A stretch of 33,585 bases of DNA from a virus (lineage: Duplodnaviria > Heunggongvirae > Uroviricota > Caudoviricetes > Peduoviridae), in IMG/VR virus record IMGVR_UViG_3300029650_000190, one strand, 5' to 3'. The notes below the pieces were generated by a model. The model saw only the letters and a program-made list of their open reading frames with translations. It had not been told where the DNA came from and ran no database searches. Below are positions 1 through 8,527 of this stretch, one piece after another. Position numbers and translations under genes: made by a program. Positions within the stretch are counted from its first letter, which is position 1; each line of letters opens with the position of its first letter.

Positions 1-903
1 TTATGAAAGCATAGACCGTTTACCCTCCCTGGGTACGACGGAACAGGGGTCCTGATGGATAATCACATCCGATCCCGGAAAACGCCGTAAAATAGCCTGC
101 TCTACCTGATCCGCCACCATATGTGCCTGAACCAAAGGCAGAGAGTCTTCCATTTCCAAATGAATCTGAATAAAGCGGGTCGGCCCTGACTGCCGCGTGC
201 GAAGATCGTGAGCGCCGCTAACACCCGGCCAGGAAGTCACGATATCAATAATTTCTTGCCGTTCCTCATCAGGTAATGCGCGATCCAGTAATGACTGTAC
301 CGCCTCATATCCCATGCGTAACGCGCTATATAAAATATAGATGCCGATTCCCAATGCAAACAGAGCATCGGCGCGATGCCAGCCGTACCAGGACAACCCC
401 AGCGCCAGCAGAATTGCGCCGTTCATCATAACATCAGACTGGTAATGTAGCATATCAGCCCGCACCGCCTGGCTTTGCGTCCGGCGCACCACCCACCGCT
501 GAAACGAGACAAGGATAATCGTACAAATTAGCGCCACAATTGTCACGATAACCCCGACGCCTGGATCTGTCATCGGTGTTGGAGATATCAGATGTTGAAT
601 ACCCGTCAAAAAGAGGAATAGTGCCGAACCGGAGATAAACATACTTTGCGCCAGCGCCGCGAGGGACTCAGCTTTACCGTGACCAAACGAGTGATTATCG
701 TCGGCAGGTTGCAGGGAATATCGCACCACCAGTAAATTCGTCAACGACGCGCCGATATCCACCAGCGAATCCACCAGCGCGGCGAGAATACTCACCGACC
801 CGGTATACCACCATGCAAAAATTTTAATCAGCAATAGCAGTGAAGCCATCGCCGTTGCAGCAATCGCCGCCCGACTGACCAGCCGTCCATAAGATTGATT
901 CAT
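1..903 (-). CDS. fieF: Cation diffusion facilitator family Fe/Zn efflux transporter FieF (YiiP); host chromosomal gene
   Basis: ORF 1..921 minus; the translation from [10 protein letters not shown]... (300 aa) matches E. coli FieF as I recall it; start moved to the internal Met at 903; stop TAA at 1..3. Confidence 0.9.
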
Positions 904-984
904 AAATACTCCCGCTATCAACTGACGCTAGTATAACGGAAGCAAATCATCTGCAATGCATTAAGCAGCAGGCAAATTGAGGAT

Positions 985-1011
985 AAAAAAAACCCCCACA
1001 TCATGTGGGGG
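985..1011 (-). terminator. Rho-independent terminator (8-9 bp GC-rich stem cccccaca/tgtggggg followed by a U8 run on the minus strand); possibly the host cpxP 3'UTR terminator
   Basis: Plus strand 985..992 is a8, 993..1011 is cccccacatcatgtggggg; on the minus strand this is hairpin then UUUUUUUU. Lies between the prophage end and the fieF promoter region. Confidence 0.6.
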
Positions 1012-1109
1012 AAGACAGGGATGGTGTCACAAAAAAGCACCTAACCTGATGATATAAATGGATTTATGTCAACCGCTGTCCACATAGCGTCCACATCGAC
1101 CATAAATAA

Positions 1110-1136
1110 AGCCCCTCAACTGAGGGGCTATTTTTG
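1110..1136 (-). terminator. Hairpin immediately downstream of ogr (agcccctca/tgaggggct stem) with flanking T-rich tracts; likely ogr/late-operon terminator at the prophage end
   Basis: Perfect 7-9 bp inverted repeat at 1110..1129, followed by atttttg on plus and ttatttatg on minus; starts 4 nt after the ogr stop. Confidence 0.5.
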
Positions 1137-1139
1137 TGA

Positions 1140-1358
1140 TCACATCCACATAATTTGCTGCCCTGACGGCAACGGGTGCGGCCTTACGGCGTGGACTTCT
1201 CCCGGCTTCACGATGTATCGCTGTACCGACTCATAAGTGATGAACGTGGCGCTGCAATTCACGTTCTGGCACTGGTGATAACGCTCTTTTGTCGTGTCAG
1301 TGATATAGCGACTTGTACGCGCATGTGCGGCATGCTGGCATAAAGGACAATGAAACAT
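1140..1358 (-). CDS. ogr: Late gene transcription activator Ogr (C4 zinc-finger, 72 aa)
   Basis: Translation MFHCPLCQHAAHARTSRYITDTTKERYHQCQNVNCSATFITYESVQRYIV... matches P2 Ogr; CxxC...CxxC zinc-binding pattern; start moved to Met22 of the 93-aa ORF. Confidence 0.9.
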   Translation of the reverse strand: MFHCPLCQHAAHARTSRYITDTTKERYHQCQNVNCSATFITYESVQRYIVKPGEVHAVRPHPLPSGQQIMWM

Positions 1359-1439
1359 CGCGAGCACCTCTTCCGGTTTTGTTGATGGTGCCATTTTAGT
1401 TAAATTACCCTTATAAAACAAACAGATAAAATAAAAACA

Positions 1440-2603
1440 TCACTCATCATCTTCTGTTTCGTACTCCACATCAGAAAGCCTTACCTCAAGCTCTAAGGAC
1501 GTCGTGAAGCCGCTATTATTCAGAAAATGTGTCACCTTAGTGATTGTCCAGTCCTGCTCGTCTATGACGCGCTTAAAGCCTGACACTTTGACCGGCGTTT
1601 CCGTGTAAATATCTGCCCGACCGGTAGCCAGACTGATGGAGAACTCCGCCACACCCCGTTGCAGTTTATCCCACTTCGCCTGAGCGGCGCGCATGGCCTG
1701 CGCTTTCGTGGCATATACCGTAGTCAGGGCAAAAACGTTGTCAGCCTCACCGGCCATGTATTCACCTTCGCGCGCTTCCGGTACTTTTGGCGCTTTCTTC
1801 TGCGTGACCGGTTTCGCTTTCGGGTGCTCCAGTGCGCGCAGGTGTTTTTCTTTCTTTTTGCGTTTCAGTTTTACCTTCTGCTTTTGCGGCTTCGGGTCTT
1901 TGGTATGTAACCACTTTGCCGTTACGCCGGTGTAAGCTCCACGGTCAGCAATCGCAAAATGATGACGGTCGCCGTCGCTGCGGGTGATGGTAATCTGCGG
2001 GATTTTTTTACCGCTGGCCGTCACCCCCTGCCCCGCTTTGAGAAACAACAGTTTTCCCATTTTTACCGACACCTCACCGCCGTTGCGTTCTGCAAGGCGG
2101 GTCAGGAATTTTGCATCAGACTCCTGCGACTGGTCGATGTGCGGAATTTTAATTCCGGCCAGTGACGGAGCGACACTGGCTTCCAGCCTGTTACGGGAGG
2201 CTATCGCCTCAACAATCGCACCGAGCGTGGTGTCATGCCATGAGCCTTCCCGGCGGGAATTGAGCGTCCCGCGAAAATCTGCACTCCGGGCGCGGATGGT
2301 GACCACATCCGGCGCGCCCCGGTGTTCAACCTCATCAACGGTGAATTTCCCTTTGCATACCAGGGCAAAACCTTTCCAGCCGATATACACCGTCAGGACA
2401 GCGCCACGAACCGGCAGCCCAACCTGCCCGTCGGCATCGTTCAGTTCAATATCAAGCTGATCAGCCTCAAAGCCCCGGTTATCCGTCAGGGTCATGCTCA
2501 TCAGACGGTCGCTGATATTGCCGGTAATATCCCTGCTGTCGAGCATCAGCATGTAATCCGGCGTCAGCGTACTGCCTGCATCAAATGTCAGCGCATCCAG
2601 CAT
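1440..2603 (-). CDS. D: Tail protein D (Phage_GPD / late control D family)
   Basis: 387-aa ORF in the P2 gpD position between ogr and U; sequence recognised as P2 gpD-like. Confidence 0.9.
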   Translation of the reverse strand: MLDALTFDAGSTLTPDYMLMLDSRDITGNISDRLMSMTLTDNRGFEADQLDIELNDADGQVGLPVRGAVLTVYIGWKGFALVCKGKFTVDEVEHRGAPDVVTIRARSADFRGTLNSRREGSWHDTTLGAIVEAIASRNRLEASVAPSLAGIKIPHIDQSQESDAKFLTRLAERNGGEVSVKMGKLLFLKAGQGVTASGKKIPQITITRSDGDRHHFAIADRGAYTGVTAKWLHTKDPKPQKQKVKLKRKKKEKHLRALEHPKAKPVTQKKAPKVPEAREGEYMAGEADNVFALTTVYATKAQAMRAAQAKWDKLQRGVAEFSISLATGRADIYTETPVKVSGFKRVIDEQDWTITKVTHFLNNSGFTTSLELEVRLSDVEYETEDDE

Positions 2604-3082
2604 TATCCCGCCCCCGTCATACCTGTGAATTTAGTCGCCATACTGCCAGCCTTACCGATGAGCGATTCCGCCTGTTTACCGATATCGCCATAAAGCGCGG
2701 CCAGTGATTCATCAACGCGGGTGAGCGACAGCGTAAAATCAATTTTTCGGGGTGTGCCGTCTGCAAAGAAAATACTCCCTGTTTCACTCACCCTGCTGAT
2801 GACATACATGCCGTAAATCATGCCGGTGCCATCCAGCAACGGCCACGCCCGGCCTTCCTCTGCCATCAGCCTGAGCGTGGTCATCGTCAGCTTTCCGCCG
2901 GTCAGTTCGGGATAAAGCACACCGGCAAGCGTGATGTTTTCCTCACCCACACCGAGAAACTGGTAGGCATCCCGTTTACCGATACGGGAATTTGACGGCC
3001 AGCGATAATCTGATTCACGCTGCATGGTCTGGTGTGGCAGCGTCTGGCGCATAAAAACAAACATACCTAACGCGAGCATCAT
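2603..3082 (-). CDS. U: Tail protein U
   Basis: 159-aa ORF, P2 gpU-like, start overlapping the T region and stop overlapping the D start (translational coupling). Confidence 0.9.
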   Translation of the reverse strand: MMLALGMFVFMRQTLPHQTMQRESDYRWPSNSRIGKRDAYQFLGVGEENITLAGVLYPELTGGKLTMTTLRLMAEEGRAWPLLDGTGMIYGMYVISRVSETGSIFFADGTPRKIDFTLSLTRVDESLAALYGDIGKQAESLIGKAGSMATKFTGMTGAG

Positions 3083-3096
3083 TTTTCGTCACCTCC

Positions 3097-5544
3097 TTAA
3101 CCGTCATGCATCATGCTGGCACGAGCGCGCGCACGTTTATCCCGCTCGTATTTTTCGAGCGCATCCTGTAACTGGCGGTCAAGCTGTGTCCCCGGCGCAG
3201 TACCACCCGTCAGGCTGATGTGATATTCGTTTTTACTCTGGTCCACATAAGAGCGGCCAGCCGGTGCCGTGACCGGCTGATAAGCCTGATAGCCTGCATA
3301 AGAGCTGGTCGCCGGAATATAACCACCGGTGCCATACGTGGCGGCATGAGTTCTGGCGGCGGTCTGGTCAAGTGTGTCTGACTCTTTGTTGATGACCCCG
3401 AGCTTTTCCAGTACCCAGTCAATACCGCTGCGCAGTTTGTTGAACGCATTAAGCGGCAGCATCAACGCGTCAGCCAGTGCCTGCCCGAACATGACACCCG
3501 TGTCACGACAACGGTTCAGGGTGTCCTGGGTGGCTTTGACGGGGGCAATCAGGTTTTTAAACCACTGCCACGCGGCCTGTAACTTTTCGCCCAGCCAGTC
3601 AAACACCGGTTTCAGTGGCGTGAACAGCTCCCCCACCGGCGCAAATGCCGCTTTCAGCCCTTTCACCACACCGCCAAAGAATGCGCTGACAGGCTCCCAG
3701 TATTTACGGATAAGCAACGCCCCGGCGACAATGGCGGCCACCACGGCCACAACCGGCCAGCTAATCGCCCCGATGGCCGTCATAACGGCACTACCAACCG
3801 TCGTGAAGATTGCCCCCATTGCGCCTGCTGCCGCGATGATGGCATTGATGCCGGTGATAACCGGCCAGGCTACAAGACCAATGGCACCGATGATGCCAGT
3901 AAGCGCCAGCGCGCCACCGGCAATGAGGCCAATGGTTGACGCCAGTGATTTGTTTTTCTGGATCCAGCCGTCGAGTTTTAACACATACTTTGTGGCCGTC
4001 TGCGTGAGCTTACGCAGTGCGCCTTCCTGCTGGTCAAACAGGTCAGTCCCCACCGCCTCATAAGCGGACTGAAACTCCTTAAAGTCACCGCCGAGGTTGT
4101 CCTGCATGATATTTACCAGCTCGGCGGTCTTCCCGTCTGAGGCTTTAAACGCAGCGGTCAGTTTGTCCAGCTTTCCGGTTGAGGCGGCAGTCATCAGCAC
4201 GGCGGCGGCTGAGCTGGCCTCCTCCCCGAAAATAGTTTTCATGTATTCAGCCTGCTGGGCAGTACCGAGCCGGTTTTTCTCAAAACTGGCCTGCATTTCT
4301 TTCAGAATGGTAAATATTGGCCGGGTGTTTCCCTTGCTGTCTGAGGTTTTCACTCCAAGCTCTTTGAGTGCATCCCATGCTTTTCCCGTCGGTGCCTGCA
4401 GGCGGCTTAACACGGCACGGCTTCCCGTCCCCGCCATTGAGCCTGTGATTTTTGCATCATGCAGAGCCCCGACCATTGCGGCGGTTTCTTCAATGCTGAC
4501 ACCGGCATTTTTTGCCACAGGTGCGGCATAGGTCAGCGCATCGCTCATGCCATCAAAATCGGCGGCGGTTTTGTTCATCGTCATGGAGAGAACATCCCCG
4601 ATATGAGCGACCTTATCGTTTGAAAGCTGAAAGGCGGATTTCATCCCCATCAGCAGGGCGGCGTTTTCTTCCATCGTGCGGCGGTTCGCCAGCGCCATAT
4701 TCAGCGTGACTGGCGTTGCCGCCTGAATGGCATCAACATCCCCACCCGCTTTCGCGATGATTATCTGTGCACCGGCCGCATCATCCGCCGAGGCGGCGGT
4801 ATTGTCGCCGAGCTGGCGCGCCTGTTTGCGTAGTGCGGTCATTTCGGCGGAGTCTTTTGCCACTCCGAGCACGGCCTGCAATTCTGAGTTTTTCTGCGCA
4901 AACTCATAACCGGGCATCAGCAACTTAACTCCGGCCATCGTTCCCGCCGCCGCAATCCCCACACCGGTAGCGCCCACTGAGGCCATATTTCCGGCCAGTT
5001 CCTTGCCTGCCTGATAACGCTGTTTTACTGCGTTAAGTTTTGCCTGTTGCGCACTGACACGCGCCAGCGCGTCACGCTGACGGTTAAGCTGTGCGGTGGT
5101 TTCACTGATACGGTTTTTCAGTCCCTGCTCATCATGTGCAAGATTGCGGGTATTAATTCCCACAACGGCCAGTTCCCGCTGCTGGCGTTTAACGGAATCC
5201 GTCAGGCGGTTATATTTCGCCTGTAAGTCCTCCGCCGCACGCTTCGCGGATTCCAGCACTTTCGCCTGAGCACGTGTCGGACGTTCGGTGTTTTTAAACT
5301 GTGTGGCAAGGGCTTCGGCCTCCTGCCGTGCCTTTTCAAGTGCATGACCAGTCACGGCGAGCTGTGCACTGGTCTTGCGAAATCCCTCAATACGGGATGC
5401 CTGACCGTTCAGCTCGCGCAGTGATTTTTGTGTTTCCCGGATATCCCCCGACAGCGATTTGCTCGCTGTGCGGATGGATTTAAACGGGCGGGATGCCTGG
5501 TCAACAGCCCTGAGCAATACCTGTAATTTTACATTGTTACTCAT
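3097..5544 (-). CDS. T: Tail tape measure protein T
   Basis: 815-aa ORF, Ala/Gly-rich with coiled-coil N-terminal half and hydrophobic glycine-zipper segment (…IGLIAGGALALTGIIGAIGLVAWPVITG…), typical of P2 gpT. Confidence 0.9.
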   Translation of the reverse strand: MSNNVKLQVLLRAVDQASRPFKSIRTASKSLSGDIRETQKSLRELNGQASRIEGFRKTSAQLAVTGHALEKARQEAEALATQFKNTERPTRAQAKVLESAKRAAEDLQAKYNRLTDSVKRQQRELAVVGINTRNLAHDEQGLKNRISETTAQLNRQRDALARVSAQQAKLNAVKQRYQAGKELAGNMASVGATGVGIAAAGTMAGVKLLMPGYEFAQKNSELQAVLGVAKDSAEMTALRKQARQLGDNTAASADDAAGAQIIIAKAGGDVDAIQAATPVTLNMALANRRTMEENAALLMGMKSAFQLSNDKVAHIGDVLSMTMNKTAADFDGMSDALTYAAPVAKNAGVSIEETAAMVGALHDAKITGSMAGTGSRAVLSRLQAPTGKAWDALKELGVKTSDSKGNTRPIFTILKEMQASFEKNRLGTAQQAEYMKTIFGEEASSAAAVLMTAASTGKLDKLTAAFKASDGKTAELVNIMQDNLGGDFKEFQSAYEAVGTDLFDQQEGALRKLTQTATKYVLKLDGWIQKNKSLASTIGLIAGGALALTGIIGAIGLVAWPVITGINAIIAAAGAMGAIFTTVGSAVMTAIGAISWPVVAVVAAIVAGALLIRKYWEPVSAFFGGVVKGLKAAFAPVGELFTPLKPVFDWLGEKLQAAWQWFKNLIAPVKATQDTLNRCRDTGVMFGQALADALMLPLNAFNKLRSGIDWVLEKLGVINKESDTLDQTAARTHAATYGTGGYIPATSSYAGYQAYQPVTAPAGRSYVDQSKNEYHISLTGGTAPGTQLDRQLQDALEKYERDKRARARASMMHDG

Positions 5545-5964
5545 TCGTGTTTCCGCTTCGCCGGAGCGCCTTTTCGCGCCATGTGATGAGTTCGGTCAGG
5601 CTCATGGGATACAGTTCTGATGGCGGCCAGTGAAATATCACTGCCACATCCGCCATCAGGTCATCGACCGAGAGATTTTTCGAAAACGTCACTGCACCGA
5701 GTTCGGAGACAAAAAACCGACCACCTTACCGGCCAGCGCCACAAGGTCAGGCAGTTCCAGCGCGGCGACCTCCTGCTCGGTCAGCATCGGTGCCGTCATG
5801 CGCGGCAGCACCTTAATCAGTGCATCGACTTCGGAGTTTGCGACCGCAGCCAGACTGACACCGCGCAGCGTCCCGGCATTAGGTTTCATCAGCGTGACCT
5901 GTTCGATAACCTGCTCACCACGCTTGACCGGATTGTCCAAGGTAATCACATTTTCTTTGTTCAT
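5537..5964 (-). CDS. E+E': Tail assembly chaperone E+E' produced by programmed -1 ribosomal frameshift (about 142 aa)
   Basis: Minus-strand mRNA reads GGU UUU UUG at 5710..5718 (slippery heptamer U UUU UUG). I translated the -1 frame by hand: it stays open from the slip site to TAA at 5537..5539, giving ...FVSELGAVTFSKNLSVDDLMADVAVIFHWPPSELYPMSLTELITWREKALRRSGNTNE and overlapping the T start, as in P2. Confidence 0.75.
5689..5964 (-). CDS. E: Tail assembly chaperone E (zero-frame product)
   Basis: 91-aa ORF MNKENVITLDNPVKRGEQ...GFLSPNSVQ; P2 gpE-like; located just upstream of T. Confidence 0.9.
   Translation of the reverse strand: MNKENVITLDNPVKRGEQVIEQVTLMKPNAGTLRGVSLAAVANSEVDALIKVLPRMTAPMLTEQEVAALELPDLVALAGKVVGFLSPNSVQ
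5709..5717 (-). promoter_or_regulatory. -1 programmed frameshift slippery site (T TTT TTG) for E/E+E'
   Basis: Run of six A on plus (5711..5716) = TTTTTTG on the coding strand, about 84 codons into E; same heptamer class as the lambda G/GT and P2 E/E' shift. Confidence 0.7.
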
Positions 5965-6020
5965 GGTTTTCTCACTTCTGAATCGGGGTTAACCGGTCAG
6001 CCAGGCTGACCGGATGAAAA

Positions 6021-6539
6021 TCACAGGCCGATATTGCGGCGGTGTTGCTCCAGCCGGTCGACGCCGTTCACCTTCTCAATCATGTTGATGGTGTCGATTT
6101 CGACCAGCTCCTTACCGTCCATCGTCAGCCGGAAATAGGTGCAGACCACGGAGATTTTCGACTCGGTGTCTTCTCCCTGTTTACCCTCGCCGGTGTCGAT
6201 TTCTTTCTGACGTCCACGCATGACCACTTCGACGGCCACCGTTTCGCCGGTATCGTCGCGCTGGTAAGAGCCTGCAAAACGAATCGGCACGGCATCCACA
6301 CCGGTTGCGGCGTAAAGCTCCCAGATAACCGAATCCGGGAAGCCACCGAGCGACCACTCCATTGACAGCGCATCGTCATCAAGGCCGAGGTCTACCGGTG
6401 CGCTGCCGTTCATCCCCGCACCGCGATAGTTTTCGAGCTTACGGGTCAGTTTTGGCAGCGTGACGGACTTTGCAACGCCCTGATAGCTGTAGCCGTTCAG
6501 AAAGACGTTCATTAACTTGAGTTTGCGCGGCATTGCCAT
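6021..6539 (-). CDS. FII: Tail tube protein FII
   Basis: 172-aa ORF in the P2 FII position; P2 gpFII-like sequence. Confidence 0.9.
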   Translation of the reverse strand: MAMPRKLKLMNVFLNGYSYQGVAKSVTLPKLTRKLENYRGAGMNGSAPVDLGLDDDALSMEWSLGGFPDSVIWELYAATGVDAVPIRFAGSYQRDDTGETVAVEVVMRGRQKEIDTGEGKQGEDTESKISVVCTYFRLTMDGKELVEIDTINMIEKVNGVDRLEQHRRNIGL

Positions 6540-6551
6540 CGGTCAGGCTCC

Positions 6552-7742
6552 TTAATTGCTGTTAACCGAGGTGACCAGACTTGCCAGGTATCTTGAAGTA
6601 ATACGCTGGCGCAGGGTCAGGTTTTCGAGAGGAGGCACCGGTGTATAGTCGTAGTCGATATACAGTTTTCCGGCCTTGAGGGTTTCCGCATCGTTGGCTT
6701 CTTCACTGAACCAGCATGTGCCATCCACGATATAACCGTTGTTTTTCAGTTCGCGGAATTTGGCATTGATGCCATCAATGATGTCGCGAATCAGCGTTGC
6801 GGTGATGGGCTTATCAATAGCCCACATGTGCGCCTCAGCCATCGTGTCGGCCAGTACCTGCGCGGTACGTGTGTAGCTTTCAAAGAGGAAAAGTGGGTCA
6901 TCGGAGCAGGTACGGTTACCCCAGAAACGGAAACCGTCGCGGCGAACCAGCGTTGTGACGCCTGCCTCGTTCAGCAGGTCAGCATCAGTGCCAGACTTCT
7001 GCAAATCCCAGAATACAGATGCGCTGATGCCGGTAACACCGTTTACCCCGACGTTGGACAGCGTTTTATGCCAGCCCTGCTCCTGGTCGATTTTGGCACG
7101 CAGCCCCAGCGCACGGGCGGTGGCATACGCGGTGGCGGTGGTACTGGTGACCGTATCCCATGCAAGGAAATCCGGCCAGATGACCATCAGCTCACGCTGA
7201 CTGAAATTCTGACGGTAGGCTTTTGCCTCGGAAATGGTTTTACAGCCCCATGCGCTGATATACCCGAAGGCATTCAGTTCCTGGCATACCGATGCCAGTG
7301 CAACCGCCACCTCTTTGGTGTCCAGTCCCGGTACGCCGAGAATGCGCGGTTTAACGCCGGTAACCGACTCTGCGCCCATCAGGGCTTTCAGTCCGGTGTA
7401 CTGACCGTTTTCGTCAGTGGTGCCGATGATATTGGAAACGGTCTGCGCGAGTTTCGTTTCTTCGTCGTCGCCGGTGCCGTCTTCCACGCGCACGACAACG
7501 GTGACCGGTTTTGACTGGTCAGCGATGGCCTGCAACGATGCCGCCAGCGTGCCTTTTTTACCGGCCTTTGCAATCGCGCTCTGCACATTGGTGATCAGCA
7601 CCGGTTTATTGACGGGGAAGGTTTCCGCATCCGCATCGCTGGCCGTGCAGACCATGCCAACAATGGCGGTGGATACGGTGGAAATGACGCGGGTGCCGTC
7701 GTTAATCTCCAGCACCTGCACGCCGTGATGATAGTCACTCAT
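6552..7742 (-). CDS. FI: Contractile tail sheath protein FI
   Basis: 396-aa ORF MSDYHHGVQVLEINDGTRVISTVSTAIVGMV...; P2 gpFI-like. Confidence 0.92.
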   Translation of the reverse strand: MSDYHHGVQVLEINDGTRVISTVSTAIVGMVCTASDADAETFPVNKPVLITNVQSAIAKAGKKGTLAASLQAIADQSKPVTVVVRVEDGTGDDEETKLAQTVSNIIGTTDENGQYTGLKALMGAESVTGVKPRILGVPGLDTKEVAVALASVCQELNAFGYISAWGCKTISEAKAYRQNFSQRELMVIWPDFLAWDTVTSTTATAYATARALGLRAKIDQEQGWHKTLSNVGVNGVTGISASVFWDLQKSGTDADLLNEAGVTTLVRRDGFRFWGNRTCSDDPLFLFESYTRTAQVLADTMAEAHMWAIDKPITATLIRDIIDGINAKFRELKNNGYIVDGTCWFSEEANDAETLKAGKLYIDYDYTPVPPLENLTLRQRITSRYLASLVTSVNSN

Positions 7743-7830
7743 CCGTTTAACTCCGTGGTTAATGGGTGCAACTATTTTCTGTTGTGCAGAGCATGAGACG
7801 CTATTTGACCTAGCTGGTCAGTGGATGAAA

Positions 7831-7861
7831 CAACAAACAAAGAAAAGGCGGGTAATCCGCC
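7831..7861 (-). terminator. Candidate intrinsic terminator (ggcgg/ccgcc stem, T-rich tail on the minus strand) between the cargo island and FI
   Basis: Plus 7847..7861 ggcgggtaatccgcc preceded by caacaaacaaagaaaa (7831..7846); on minus this is a stem followed by UUUUCUUUGUUUGUUG. Confidence 0.45.
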
Positions 7862-8527
7862 AGCCTGTCATGATTTGCACTCACTCCTTTTCCAACTGAC
7901 AATTTACATAGCCCAAACGCTATCAAATCTGACAGTCTGCTTTGAGGGAGTAGCGGACGTTGCTGTAGCCCTCCTCACCAAACTTTTAGGTTGCTTGTAC
8001 AGTTTTTGATTTGGTTGACTTCAGAAAATTTCTCGCAAGAAACAAATATAAGTGATCTAGAGGAACATCTATTGATTAACTGTAATTATAAATCTTAGAG
8101 TGACAAGTCATTCCAGAGACATCTAAACTAAAGAAAGATGTAATCTTCCTAATCATTAAGGGGGCTCTTTAATAAAGGTGTAAACCGCGAGGTTCATAGC
8201 AAGCCTATAGCTTTTGGTTCTAAGCCTAACGATGATACCCAGCAAGAGAAAATCATATCGGCACAGATTATTGGAAGAGCAGTGATTGTTACAACCAGAT
8301 TATCAAAGCGATACCACTACCTATAGATGAATAAATGCTATTTACATACTATCATGATGCAGACATCCGCAGTACCGATATGTCCGAGGTAAGGGTGCTC
8401 GGAAATCAAGATAATTTATTCTTATGTTAATAATTATGTTTGTGGATAATATTTAGATTGCCAACCATTTATGACTGGCAATCTAATGTTAATTAGGAAT
8501 AATCCGTTATTCATCAAGTCGCTTTAA

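Noticed and set aside
3374-4063. 229-aa plus-strand ORF (and several similar ones at 1984..2460, 4097..4531, 6828..7514, 13094..13723, 19172..19771) antisense to P2 structural genes
   Set aside because: They lie entirely inside well-supported minus-strand genes, are Ala/Ser/Pro/Arg-rich as expected from reading GC-rich coding DNA in the wrong frame, and have no RBS context; treated as frame artefacts.
7821-8009. 62-aa plus-strand ORF in the AT-rich spacer near FI
   Set aside because: No RBS, no recognisable features, sits across the terminator-like hairpin; likely noise, although small-ORF coding in this spacer cannot be excluded (see finding).
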